From contig OZ024743.1 in the NCBI GenBank assembly GCA_964016885.1, positions 223,448,001-223,512,000 on the forward strand: DNA of 64,000 nt, in the 5' to 3' direction. The notes below the pieces were generated by a model. It saw nothing but the letters and a program-made list of their open reading frames with translations. It did no database searches and was not told where the DNA came from. Below, piece by piece: positions 13,401-46,224 of the stretch; positions within the stretch are counted from its first letter, which is position 1; the number at the start of each line of letters is the position of its first letter. The translations under genes and the position numbers were made by a program. Origin of the DNA: Eledone cirrhosa (taxonomy: Eukaryota).

Positions 13401-13834
13401 GTTAGAGCAGTAGTGTGTATTAGGGACTCGTAAAACCTATCCTTAAGTTCGTCTGGCAGCCCCGATTGGGGTGCGTAAGCTGATATTATTGTGGTAATTG
13501 TCTTATTCAGGACTAGTCTGAGTTTAATGATTCTTGCATTTACCCTGTACACTGAGATTACTTTATCTACCCACTTGTCAGCTAATAGTATACCTACACC
13601 ACCCATCCCATCGTCATTTCCCACCCAGAAAAATTTGTAGCACTGGCTTTTTCCTACAAGGACTCTAGCAGACCCTCCTCTCCATCTAGTCTCTTGCACA
13701 CAGCATACATCAACTTCCTTTCGCTCTAGCATTTCTACGATTTCTCCTGCTCTTCCTTTCATTGAGCCTACATTGATGGTACCAACTCGGAGTTTTGGGC
13801 ATTTGTCGACACTCGTAGGGGAGGGTCTCTGGGT
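10449..13834 (-). mobile_element. RTE-clade LINE, nearly full coding length
   Basis: APE endonuclease plus RT, a ~300-nt 3' UTR and a (GAT)n tail; both ends abut TA microsatellite. Confidence 0.97.

Positions 13835-13846
<12 letters not shown>
10754..13846 (-). CDS. RTE ORF: APE endonuclease + reverse transcriptase + PHD-like zinc finger (1030-aa open frame)
   Basis: Motifs GTINV, VQETRW, SAYAPQ, GDFNGH, LDFIL, SQH (APE); NYRGIKL, QFGF, DLEKAFD, QGSVLSP, YADD (RT); CxxC..CxxC..HxxC..CxxC. The ATG at 13846 lies in the flanking microsatellite. Confidence 0.9.
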
Positions 13847-14528
<682 letters not shown>

Positions 14529-16119
14529 AACTTTGAACTTTGAAATGTTTTGGCCAGTATTGGCCCAGGCCATGTCTAACTTAATAGCACCACCTGGCGA
14601 AGTCTTTCAATTCAGGATTTGGGCACCATGGCCCATTCGAGAAGAGAATTACTGTTTGCGGAGACATATCCGGGTGTGGGTGGTTTGTCCGGGATTACTT
14701 GGAGGAATTTGTCCAAAGACTTCTTGAATTTTGTGTGGTCAGTTTCTGTTTTGACGTGTCCTGGTGTGATGTTGAAGAGAGCAGGGCCGATTGAGGTGAA
14801 ATAATTGTGCCGTATTGTTGTTATGAGTTGCGATTTAGATTTTTGAATGGGACGGATAGCACGGGGCCCAAGCCTTGGGTGTATCTTGAAGGCGATGCCA
14901 ACATCATTTGGGCAGTGATGATGGAACATTTTCCACATCATGCAGATAATATAACGCTCACGGCGACGTTGGAGTGAGTAAAGTTTCAGGTTTTCCAATC
15001 GACCCCAGTAGTCAAGGTCTGACATGCCATCTATCTTTTTCGTGATTGCCCTTTGAGGAGCTTCAAGTTTCATGATACTTTGTTTCGTGTGGGGAGACCA
15101 CAGTGGACAACAGTATTCAAGGTGTGGTCGGGCGAAAGTAGAGAAGAGAAGGATAATGGTGCGGGAATCTCTCGACTGGAAGGTTCTGAGGATCCAGGAA
15201 CACATTCTGCGGGCCATGTCAACTTTGCTGCTTATATGCGTGGTCCAGCTTATGTTGCTGTCCACGGTTACTCCCAAGTCTCTGATGTTGTTAGATGCCA
15301 CGAGAGTTTCCCCGGAGGGAAGGGAGTACGGGAGTTTCAGAGCATCCTCTTTTCCAAAGTGGATCAGTTCGAATTTGTCTTCGTTCAGTAACATGTTGTT
15401 CTTTTCTGCCCATTGGGTAACAGCCAGTAGGTCTGACTGAAGGCTTATCCGGTCATCCACGCCATTGATGACCTTTTGGAGCTTGGAATCATCAGCGAAA
15501 ATTTTAATGTTGCTGTGTTTGATGATGTCAGTGATGTCATTAATATAGATGATGAAGAGAAGTGGGCCCAACACAGTGCCTTGTGGGACTCCACTACTGA
15601 CTTTGGCTGGGCTTGATTTGACTCCCTCAACTACAACATGTTGGGTTCAGTTTGACAGGAAGCTCTTGATCCACTGCAGCAGCTTTCCAGTGACACCAAT
15701 ATTGGACAGCTTTCTCAGTAGAATGTTATGATCAACCCTGTCAAAGGCCTTGCTGAAATCAAGGTAGATAACATCAGTGTTGGAACCCTCTCCCAAGGCT
15801 CTCAAAATGTCATCAAAGTGATGCAGTAGTTGCGTCAGGCAATCCCTTCCATTACGGAATCCATGCTGGTTGGAGTTCAGCATATTGTTACTCTCAAGGA
15901 AGTGGGTCATTCGCGATCTCACCACTCGCTCAAATACCTTAATGATATGAGAGGTGAGTGAGATTGGACGGTAATTCACGGCAAGGGATTTGTTTCCCTT
16001 TTTGAAAACTGGGACAACAGACTGGGATAGAAGGTTTTCTGGCACATATCCAGCATCCAGTGAGTTCCGCCACAGATTGGCAAGAGGAGAAGCAAGTTGG
16101 TGTTGACACGCCTTCAAGA
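14529..16119 (-). mobile_element. 5'-truncated CR1/L2-group LINE, RT pseudogene
   Basis: [55 protein letters not shown] single in-frame TGA at 15647-15649 (likely CGA>TGA); tail TTCAAAG x2. Confidence 0.95.
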
Positions 16120-18193
<2,074 letters not shown>

Positions 18194-18194
<1 letters not shown>

Positions 18195-18877
18195 AAACAA
18201 TTAAGTTAAAAGTGTACATCTACATATGTATACTGAAATACTAGTATGCATATAAATACACACATGTATACATATGTACATGTACTGAGTTTTTCACTGG
18301 ACACTTTACTGTGAGTGTCCAGCTAGTCTGTATGTAACCAAACAGACAAACCGGGTTTTAGAGTCATACAGGTTTTCAAGGAAACACATTTCCTCTATTC
18401 TCCAGAGAGCCAGACAGGAATATTGGACTAGTTTCGATATTATTACATCTCACCAGCAATATATACCCATCTTCCGGCTTCTCTAGAGAATCGTAAAAGC
18501 ACATATCGTTATATGCTTTTTCTATGAAAATTAGTAGTGGGCAGACCAATTTGCATAGAACGTGAGTCATTGTACGCACCGGTTCAGCGGAAACGATAAA
18601 AACAAATAACGAAACGAAATTAAACCCGTATGACTCTAAAACCCGGTTTGTCTGTTTGGTTACATACAGACTAGCTGGACACTCACAGTAAAGTGTCCAG
18701 TGAAAAACTCAGTACATGTACATATGTATACATGTGTGTATTTATATGCATACTAGTATTTCAGTATACATATGTAGATGTACACTTTTAACTTAATTGT
18801 TTAAGCGTCAGTCATACAAAAGTGAGTTAGAAGCGAAACGAAATTTAATTTCGTTTCGTTATTTGTTTTTATCGTTT
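18194..18877. mobile_element. Fold-back element: ~175-bp inverted arms around a hammerhead-bearing spacer
   Basis: 18194-18369 is the reverse complement of 18628-18803; a second IR pairs ~18592-18624 with 18844-18877. Confidence 0.75.
18420..18462 (-). ncRNA. Minimal hammerhead ribozyme motif, CUGGUGA core variant
   Basis: ATATTG-CTGGTGA-GATGT(AATA)ATATC-GAAAC-TA-GTC-CAATAT: 6-bp stem I, 5-bp stem II, GUC site. Confidence 0.7.
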
Positions 18878-18880
18878 TAT

Positions 18881-18971
18881 CTAACACCACTACCACTAAC
18901 ACCTCTACCACTAACACCTCTACCACTAACACCTCTACCACTAACACCTCTACCACTAACACCTCTACCAC
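18881..18971. repeat. 15-bp tandem repeat (CTAACACCTCTACCA)n running into the gap
   Basis: About 6 units visible. Confidence 0.95.
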
Positions 18972-19171
18972 NNNNNNNNNNNNNNNNNNNNNNNNNNNNN
19001 NNNNNNNNNNNNNNNNNNNNNNNNNNNNNNNNNNNNNNNNNNNNNNNNNNNNNNNNNNNNNNNNNNNNNNNNNNNNNNNNNNNNNNNNNNNNNNNNNNNN
19101 NNNNNNNNNNNNNNNNNNNNNNNNNNNNNNNNNNNNNNNNNNNNNNNNNNNNNNNNNNNNNNNNNNNNNNN
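18972..19171. other. Assembly gap (200 N)
   Basis: Run of N characters. Confidence 1.
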
Positions 19172-19795
19172 TTTACCTGTTTCAGCCATCCGGCTGAGGC
19201 CATGCTGGGGCACCGCCCTTGTTGCTACACATTTTATCTCCAGCCTGTATAGGTTGGCCACTGGTGTAGGAGGGAGTTTGTTGCTGCTGCCCTTAGGTTT
19301 CCCTCGTGTCTTGCTGTGGGCTCATCCGGGATCCTGGATAACAAGCTGTTGTGATGTTTCTTAAAGACATCCACCTCCACGTCATGCAAGTCTCGCAGAT
19401 GCCTCTGCAGCCTGTTGAAGAGTTGAGGGCCCTTGAATCCCAGGCTATTGCAATACCTGCTCCTTATTCTAGATGTGGAAGACGGGACCTTTGGCACCAC
19501 ACAGTGACGTCCTGTTCGACGGTTGGTCCAGCTCCCAATGCCAAAGTTTGGTGCTAATCCCTCCAGGATTTTCCACATGTAGATCACTGCGTATCTCTCC
19601 CGTCTTCGCTCCAAGGAGTAGAGGTTCAGTTCCTTCAGCCTCTCCCAGTAGCTTGTCTCCCTCATCTTGGCAATCCTCTTGGTGTAGCTTCGCTGGATTG
19701 CCTCAAGCTCTGTGGTTAGTTTGACACTATGGGGTGACCACAGCTGGGAGCAGTAGTCCAGGCGGCTTAGGACAAAAGTCCTCCACAGTGTCAAC
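19172..19795 (-). mobile_element. 3' fragment of a second CR1/L2-group LINE
   Basis: [12 protein letters not shown]...[20 protein letters not shown]...GPQLFNRL...IPDEPT; 3' UTR stem-loop TCAGCC-GGAT-GGCTGA. Confidence 0.9.
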
Positions 19796-27831
<8,036 letters not shown>

Positions 27832-28193
27832 TGGTGGCTGCCAACTCGTTTTCGAGTACGGCCACTACTTTATATCCATGTAGGAGAACCCCTACCGATG
27901 CATTGAACGAGTGTGACTTTTTATTATTGACACATAGTGCTGGGCCCATGGTACCATGTGACGACAAGTGCAGAGAGATCTCCAGATATAAAGCAATGCC
28001 TGTGCCGTGAAGCTTTTATAGTGAGCAAAGGCACTGCACAAAGCCAGTCCCACTCTCTTAACCAAGATGATATTTACCAAAAAGAAGAACAAGTCAACAT
28101 CATTGGATACCATCAGGGTTGCAGGTGTTATATCAGAGTTTTCCTTCTCCTAGAATTCTGCCTTGACAAAGGCTAAGGGGTCATCTCTCCCGG
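27832..28193 (-). other. Unique ~360-bp island between satellite arrays, possible LINE 5'-UTR fragment
   Basis: GC-richer, sharply bounded by TA arrays. The minus strand contains CTAGGAGAAGGAAAACTCTGA, which I recall from RTE-type 5' UTRs (unverified). Confidence 0.35.
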
Positions 28194-29633
<1,440 letters not shown>

Positions 29634-29690
29634 CCTGTCCCACCCTTGCAAGCAGGGAAAAGCAGACGTAAAATGATGATGATGATGATA
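29634..29690 (+). mobile_element. Ultra-short RTE 3'-end insertion
   Basis: CCCACCCTTGCAAGCAGGGAAAAGCAGACGTAAAATGATGATGAT matches the 3' end of the 9096-10420 RTE. Confidence 0.8.
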
Positions 29691-29794
29691 CATATATACA
29701 TACTTATATATATATATATATATATCAGGTTTAAAAAATAATGACTGTCATCTTTTTATTCAGGATTTTTCATATTTCCTTATTAGTCCTCATA

Positions 29795-29887
29795 AAAATA
29801 ACAACGACATGTTATTTGCATACTAACAAAATAACAACGACATGTTATTTGCATACTAACAAAATAACAACGACATGTTATTTGCAT
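29795..29887. repeat. 33-bp tandem repeat, ~2.8 units
   Basis: Unit AAAATAACAACGACATGTTATTTGCATACTAAC. Confidence 0.9.
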
Positions 29888-29944
29888 GCTTTGTAGTAAA
29901 ATCAAAGTATCATATTAGTACTGATAAAATTGTGATTATTAGGT

Positions 29945-30156
29945 TTAACCCTTTCGTATTTACATTATATATACTATTGTATTTTCGTGGTAAAGGCTTT
30001 ATCTCACATACTATCGTATCTCTGAGACATTGATATTTATTTTGAGAACAATGCCTTAACATCAGTATGAGTGGTCAGTTACAGCCAGTTTGAACAGAAA
30101 GAAAGAGGTGAGAGAATTCTGGCCAGATACAGCAGGTTTAAATGCTAAAGGTTTAA
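29945..30156. mobile_element. piggyBac-like MITE family 1
   Basis: TTAA-CCCTTT...AAATGCTAAAGGT-TTAA; copies at 31636-31863 and 56701-56917. Confidence 0.8.
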
Positions 30157-30653
30157 AAACATATTCAAGCATATCCAAAGTGTTGCTGATAGATTTCATG
30201 GTTTATTTAAGATGTGCTTTATCTCTGTATCTTTATGGTTTCTATTTTGCTATTAGTAAAGTTTCCATAGTTACTCTTCTCATTTTGTAGTGATGAAAAC
30301 CAACATTTTTCTAGCTAATATTATTTCATATACTGTGTGTATCTGGTTTAGAATAGGTACACCATACCTCTGTGTTGTAAAAGACTACTAAAAGTAGTGC
30401 CAGGAAAGGTATCCCACTGTAAAATATTGCCCCCAAATGGGCTCCACGATGAACCTGAAACCTGTCATAGGACTCACAAAGGAAAATGGCCTTAAAATGT
30501 TTATAGTATCATGATGTTGTGGTGGCTCGTTTCTGTAAATGTATGGTCAACTTACAAGAAAGTATTGTACTTATATGTCTAACATAAGTCTGAATCATGA
30601 AGTTTACAACTTTTATGTTTACATTGAAATTAGTATACTACAAGAACCAATAT

Positions 30654-30838
30654 CAGACCTGCCAACTCCTAAAAACCCAAACAGGGAGTACCATGTAAAA
30701 CGGGGAGAAATGAGGCAAAATGGGGAGATTTTACATAATGAAGGCCATACCCATTTTCATAACAGAAGACATCTCTCACACACCTCAAAGTGGGTGAGAG
30801 ATCTCCCCATCAGACCCTGGGGAGAGTTGACAGGTCTG
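30654..30838. mobile_element. MITE-like element with 15-bp TIRs
   Basis: CAGACCTGCCAACTC ... GAGTTGACAGGTCTG; AATAT on both flanks. Confidence 0.55.
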
Positions 30839-31635
30839 GAATATGTCAATAATAAACTCATACAGAACATAACATGTATCACATGCAACTATAAACTCAG
30901 AGTGTATTACATAAAACACCAAAATGACAATCTTCTTCATCAACATGAAACTACAAACTAGCAATCCACAGACATCTTCTGTGTGTATATGTGTGTGTGT
31001 ATAATGAGCTGAGGTTGTGGAATAAACACAGAGGTATTAACACCTTTCTTGATGTGGCACAGACAAATGCATATGGTAAATATAGTACATTTAATATTAT
31101 TCAAAGTATGCATGAAGAATCCCACCATGGTTAACTTTTCCTTTTATCTTTACAGGTTGATAAAATAAAGTACCAGTAATACACTGGGATAATTGCTGGT
31201 CTTGTGCCATAAGTAGAAACAATTATTAGTCAAGTAGACTTTAATTGCAATAATTTTCTTTCATATTTTCTATAATTAGAAGATTGAAAGTAATTCTGTT
31301 AGCACAAACATGTACATCAGGTCCGAATACAGAGGAGTCGAACACAGAGGTTGTTATTCAGAATTTCATTTATTAATTAGTAATTCTACCATATGTTTCT
31401 CTGTAATTGCACAACACCTGCAACAGTCTAACTTGACTAGGTGATTATGTATCACTCACACAAAAATTACTGTGCACTGCATTGGAAAACTTACACAAGA
31501 GACTTCTTCATAGATTCTGTCTACCAAATTTAACTTATAAGGCATTGATTAACCTGAGGCTATAGTAGAAACATTTGTTCAAAGTATTGCACAGTGAGAC
31601 TGAAGTTGGAATTTCATAGTTGCAAACTGAACCCC

Positions 31636-31863
31636 TTAACCCTTTAGCATTTACATTACTCTATATATGCTATTGTATTTTCAAGTAAACACTTTATATC
31701 ACATAATTATCTCACATAATAGTGAATCAATGAGATTTTGATATTATTTATTTTGAGAACAATACCCCAACATAAGTATGAGCAGCTGGTTGTGGTCGGT
31801 TTGAACAGAAAGATGTGAGAGAATTCTGGCTGGATACGGCCAGTTTAAACGCTAAAGAGTTAA
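31636..31863. mobile_element. piggyBac-like MITE family 1, inserted in a SINE B head
   Basis: TTAA-CCCTTTAGCATTT ... AAACGCTAAAGAG-TTAA. Confidence 0.8.
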
Positions 31864-32379
31864 ACACACAAATATGTCTTCACCTATGGCATAAATCTGC
31901 AGAATCATCTAATTATACAGAGAACAACAATTATAAGAAACTATTTCAAGACATTACATATATCATATCAAAGGTATGATGCATTGTGGTATGCTGCAGT
32001 GCACCAGAAAGGGTTAAGAAGAACTTCAGGGAAGAAAAAGAAAAAAGAAAAAGAAAAGGAAAAAACTATAGATCTACAGAAATATATGCAAAGGAAATGG
32101 AAGTGGATTCAGAACATTATGTCAAAAAAAAACAAAAAACATCTAGATGAAAGTTATATAAAAAAAAACCCCTTATGGTTCCTAAAAATAAAAATGACTA
32201 AAGAACTACCATGTATATATATATATATTTTTAACCTTCCTCTTGACTTTCCTACCATATATACAAAATTAGTACAGGACATTTTTATATAACATTGGGC
32301 TGCATTTTGAAAACGTTTCTCTTTCCGTTTTTATCTATCAGCTAAATATGTTTTATTAATAAAAAGCAAAAACAAAAAA

Positions 32380-32780
32380 CAAATAAAAAGCATGTAAACA
32401 AATATATTTCAAATACAACACTACAGATATTTAAAAATGGAAAATGAAGGGAAAAGCAAGGACTCTAGGGTCACGGAAGAATGGGAGGAGGAAGAGGGAG
32501 GGTGATGGGATTTAGGCCTAGGGCAAGGTGGCGTTGGGGTTGTGCCCCATGGATAAGATCGCAAATACATTTCCCCGGACAATGGCCAACAACACCCGCT
32601 GAAACAACCACCACACCTCCTTATGTGGCTCCTTCCTCAGACGGGCTGCTGACGTTCCGATCTTACGGAGGAGCTCGGCAGTATGGGGGCCAAGTATGCC
32701 TGAGGTATTGATGGCAACCAGTGCGAAGAGGAAGCAGCTGCAATACCGGAGTTTGTGGCCAAAGTGACTAATTAACAAAT
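32380..32780 (-). mobile_element. 3' fragment of a CRE-like (restriction-like endonuclease) LINE
   Basis: FALVAINTSGILGP...WLFQRVLLAIVRGNV is homologous to the C-termini at 55.3 kb and 60.7 kb. Confidence 0.65.
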
Positions 32781-32865
32781 GAAATTGTAAAATCTTCTAA
32801 ACTCAAGAAATTAAAAACCTTTTGCGACTATATTTCTAATGAAATATATTGTATTTCAATTAAAT

Positions 32866-33042
32866 AATTGTTTCTACTTTTGGCACAAGGCCAGCAATTA
32901 CCCAGTACATTACTGGCACTTTATTTTATCGACCCCATAAGGATGAAAGGCAAAGTTAACCTCGACGGGATTTGAACTCAGAACGTAAAGGGACGTAACT
33001 ATGCTGGTAAGCATGTCCGACCCTCTACCGATACTGCCAATT
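32866..33042 (-). mobile_element. SINE family A, inserted in a MITE family 2 copy
   Basis: Reverse complement of 1281-1462; the MITE continues on both sides (32815-33218). Confidence 0.85.
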
Positions 33043-33910
33043 GAGTTTTGAGTAATTTACTAAAATTATGAATTCTTTCATTCCTACAATAGTAATTTAA
33101 CATATGGCCTTTATATAAATTATGCTGGAAGTTTTAAATTTTAATGGGAACCCTTTAAAATGGGTGGTTTTGTTTCATAGAACTAAAGGTGGCTTTGGCT
33201 GAGTATCAAAAGGGTTAAAGAAAAATAAATCTATGATTCCTAGATATTAGAATTAGTAACAAATAAATATTGCAGTATCATCATCATCATTATTATTATT
33301 ATTTTATATCTGCTTTTCAAGGTGGTCTGAGACCAGATAGGTCTGAGAGATTTTACTTTGCTCATCCATTCCATATTTGGCATGGTCTATACATCTAGAT
33401 CAGTGGTTCTCAACCGGGGTCCATGTAACATTACTAAAGGTCCACACACACAAAAAAATAGCAAATTGGGGGTTCACGGTAATATTTTAGTGGTCCATAG
33501 AGCAATTTCACTTCAGAACGGTTGTTACAACTGAGAATTGTAGATGGACTTAATGACACCAACCAACTTACAACACAAGAGAGGTTATCATGTACTTGGT
33601 GAGATTGAAGAGTGTTCTCTGCCCTATATTGTCTCCATATGAATGTTTTAAATTTTCTAGGTTGAAGATGAGAGAAAAACATAGAAATATTAGAATTATG
33701 AGCTATCTAAAAAATCTCACCATAAGCAGTAAATCATTCTTTTGAATAAGATATTAAGACCACAAGAGAAATTCTGATAGATTTTGGTGATTCTACTAAT
33801 GTGATCAAAGAAATTGAGCTTTATAGTTCATGGATATTTATCTCTATGGGGACTGATGGGAATAACAAATTGGAGGAAATATTGTATGCCATGGTAAATA
33901 CTCATACTAC

Positions 33911-34127
33911 TAGAATGGTGGAATGGTAGAATAGTACTTTCAAAGAATGGTGGAATGGTAGAATAGTACTTTCAAAGAATGGTGGAATGTTACTATCATA
34001 GAATGGTGAAATAGTACTATTACAGAACGATGAAATGGTACAATCATGAAGGGTTGAAAGGAACTGTGACAAAATGGTGGAATGGTGGAATAGTGAAATG
34101 GTATTTTGAAAGAATAGTGGAATGGTA
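33911..34127. repeat. GAATGGTG-based minisatellite, resuming at ~35940-36000
   Basis: Repeated AGAATGGTGGAATGGTAGAATAGTACTTTCAA. Confidence 0.85.
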
Positions 34128-35930
34128 TCAGGTTGTTCAGAAATTAATGCAGGTTTTTAAACATTAGCTTTAAAACAACATATCTCAGTGCAGAATAAAC
34201 TTTATTGATTGAAATAAAAACCATTAGAATGTATACATTTATGCTAAGATACAAGTTTATTTATTCTGGTAAGTTTTGAAATTCTGGAATTGAGGAATTC
34301 TTCAAAGGCCTTTTTTGTAGCTGTTTCGTAGTTGCAAAAAGTTGTGAAAATGCTTGAAAAAGTGGTAGTCAGTTGGTGAAAGATTTGGTGAGTATGCTGG
34401 ATGAGGTAGAGTTTTGTGGCCCAATTCGTTCAACTTCTAGAGTATTGGTTATGTAAGAGGATTGAACCTTTTCTACTGAACAATGCTGGATACTATTTTT
34501 ATGTATTTCATCAATTTTGTGATAATACTTCTCTACTGTGATTGTTTTGCTATAGTAGATTAATCCAGTGGTGAATCACCAAACAATCACCATAAATTTC
34601 TTTTGGTACAACTTCGGCTTTGGGGGCTTCATCTTAATCCAACCACTGTGCTAAATGGCATTGGTTATTATGTAGGATCCACTTTTCATCAATATATCAA
34701 GAAATGGGTTATTTTGGGAATGCAAAAGAAGCGAAGAGCTGACTTCATAATGGCGATTTTTCTGGTTTTCATTCAATCTCTGTGACACCCATTTTTCAAA
34801 CTTTTTTCACTTTCCAATTTGGTGTTCAGAAATTGTTCCAATGCCTATATCTCGTGAACCGACAATTCCGCGCAGGACAACTCAGCGCATGACAATTTAG
34901 CGCAACAACAATTTAGCGCAACAACAATTCAGCTCATGACAATTTAGAGCAAGGACAATTCAGCGCATGACAATTTAGCGCAAGGACAATTCAGCGCAAC
35001 GACAATGCAAAGGGTGGCACCGAAGTCTTCAATTATCATTGGGTCATAACCACCCAACCATTTATAAGTTTGTAGAGTTTCTCAAACTAGAACAAGATAT
35101 TACAGAGAAAAGGATATTAAGAACCAGAGAAGGACACGAGGATGTCTCCAAACAAGCAAAATATCAAAGGACTCATAAAGCGATAACGATGCTAGTGACT
35201 GAGTATGGAAATCGAGCCGATAAGTTGGAGTACTTGCGCACTCTAAGTTACCAAATTGAACTACAGAAGTAAATTATTATTAATATTTCTATTAAAATAT
35301 TTTTTTGGTATTCATATTTCTATAAATATATCTTATTTTAGTATGCTATTTCAATAAATCTTTTATTTTAATTATTGTCTGTCAATAAAATGTTTAAACT
35401 CAAAATCTAATTTCGTTATTCCTTTTCTTCAATTGTCCTTGTATTTGCTTCCTTGCGCTAAATTGTCATGCACTGAATTGTCTTTGCGCTAAATTGTCTT
35501 TGTGCTAAATTGTCATGCGTTGAATTGTCTTTGTGCTAAATTGTCATGCGTTGAATTGTCTTTGTGCTAAATTGTCATGCGCTGAATTGTCGGCGCTGAA
35601 TTGTCCTGCGCGGAATTGTCAGTGTGCCCCTATATCTAGCTCTCATGCAAGCTCCCAAAGAATTGGGCAACCATTTGCTTCCAACAAAGTCTTCAATTCA
35701 TCATCATTAGTGGCAAAAAGACATCAGCGGCTTTCTTATCTTCAAAAGGAAATTCCCCATGATAGTATTTTTGAAACCAACAAGTTTAACACTTTAGTAT
35801 TTAAACCAACTGTATTTGGCCATATTTCTCTCACCTCCTTCTGTCCAAACTGGCTGTAAATGGCTGCTCATAAAGAAGGAGAAGAAGAAAACAAATAAAA
35901 CAAAACCTGCATTATTTTTGAACAACCTAA
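34128..35930 (-). mobile_element. Mariner fossil (Hsmar1/cecropia-like) interrupted by a MULE
   Basis: TA-flanked TIRs TCAGGTTGTTCAGAAATTAATGCAGGTTTT and AAAACCTGCATTATTTTTGAACAACCTAA. Decayed transposase motifs DEKWI and KLNELG..LPHPAYSPNLSPTDYHFFKH. Confidence 0.9.
34853..35628 (+). mobile_element. Non-autonomous MULE (Phantom/foldback-like) with modular TIRs
   Basis: 9-bp TSD CCTATATCT (34844-34852 and 35629-35637). TIRs built from GACAATT(C/T)AGCGCA units. Internal GWH...HPTIYKFVEFLKLEQ...YL resembles a MULE transposase C-terminus. Confidence 0.85.
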
Positions 35931-36433
35931 TATTTTCACTAAATGGTGGAATGGTACTCTTAGGGGATGGCAGAACAAGTACCATAATTGAATGGTGGAA
36001 AGTAACTCAAGGGAATTGTAGGAATGAAATGTAAAGAGCATTTAGAATACATCATAAGAAATACAGAATCTATGTGAATGGAAATACGGAGACTGCAAAA
36101 ATAGCTGTGGGAAAAAATGGTTGTGGGAAAGGAATTTAAACAGGAATGGTTAAACCAGGAAGGAGATAATTGATTGGTTGGTGAGCTATAATGAGTATAA
36201 GCATGGAAATGGTTAAAATGCTTTACATCACTTTGTCAAAAGATCAGAAAAATGATCACAGTTATAATCAAAATAATGGCACTAGGATAGAAATTTTAGA
36301 ATGACAAAAAAAAAAAAGATACACATCACCATGCAATGACAGGAGTTTGAGGATATCATAGAGTAAACATATATTAAGGAACTTTAACCCAAAAGATTTG
36401 AAAAACATTTATATATATATATATGTAGATATA

Positions 36434-36495
<62 letters not shown>

Positions 36496-36624
36496 TTATG
36501 TAATAACAACATAAGATAATTATTTCATTTATCAGTGGTTTCTTGAAAGCAAACAAAATTTGCTTTCTGTCATCAGAATGAAAAAATCCTGGTGTATTTA
36601 TTGACACATCCTGGTGTATTCATT

Positions 36625-36660
<36 letters not shown>

Positions 36661-36694
36661 AAAGAAGACTGTTTTCACTCTACATCGCTGAATA

Positions 36695-36963
36695 CAATAA
36701 ATGTAATCTGAGTTTTTCGAATATTAATAATAGCATTCGATTTGTTTGCAGTTATGCAAACAGGCCTCAATTTTATAGCCATGTCAGTAGAATGAACCCT
36801 TCATTCTTGCTCTTGTGTTGGCATGTGAACAGAACTGCCAACACAGGAGCAAGAATGAAGTGTTCATTCTACTGAAATGGCTATAAAATTGAGGCCTGTT
36901 TGCATAACTGCAAACAAATCGAATGCTATTATTAATATTCGAAAAACTCAGATTACATTTATT
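36695..36963. repeat. Fold-back palindrome (~128-bp arms) between TA tracts
   Basis: AATAAATGTAATCTGAG...GTGTTGGCA paired with TGCCAACAC...CTCAGATTACATTTATT; ~12-nt loop. Confidence 0.9.
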
Positions 36964-46011
<9,048 letters not shown>

Positions 46012-46059
46012 TACCCATGCAAGCGTAGAAGATGGACGTTAAACGATGATGATGATGAT

Positions 46060-46095
<36 letters not shown>

Positions 46096-46167
46096 TATAT
46101 GTATAAATAAATATATATGTATACCATATTAATAAATGGAAACTATATTTATAAAACCATATTTATT

Positions 46168-46224
46168 TCATTATACATATTTCAGGGATACCAAATTAAA
46201 TTATGGTATTCCTTCATCAGACAA
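46168..46224 (-). ncRNA. Hammerhead ribozyme motif with long stem II
   Basis: TTGT-CTGATGA-AGGAATACCA(TAATTTAATT)TGGTATCCCT-GAAAT-ATGT-ATA-ATGA. Confidence 0.65.

Noticed and set aside
9068-13433. Plus-strand ORFs overlapping the RTE elements
   Set aside because: Antisense shadows of RT coding sequence with no recognisable motifs.
18797-19261. ORFs with LTPLP or GRGVS repeats and X runs
   Set aside because: They come from the 15-bp tandem repeat and the N gap.
33401-33425. hAT-like terminus CAGTGGTTCTCAAC
   Set aside because: No matching second TIR or 8-bp TSD was found by eye.
34861-35620. Regularly spaced GACAATTCAGCGCA repeats as a CRISPR-like array
   Set aside because: No unique spacers, inverted at the two ends, and bounded by a 9-bp TSD; these are transposon subterminal repeats in eukaryotic DNA.
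36373-36382. U12 branch-like TTCCTTAAT on the minus strand
   Set aside because: No nearby AG or PLC-like exon follows; the in-frame acceptor is at 59788.
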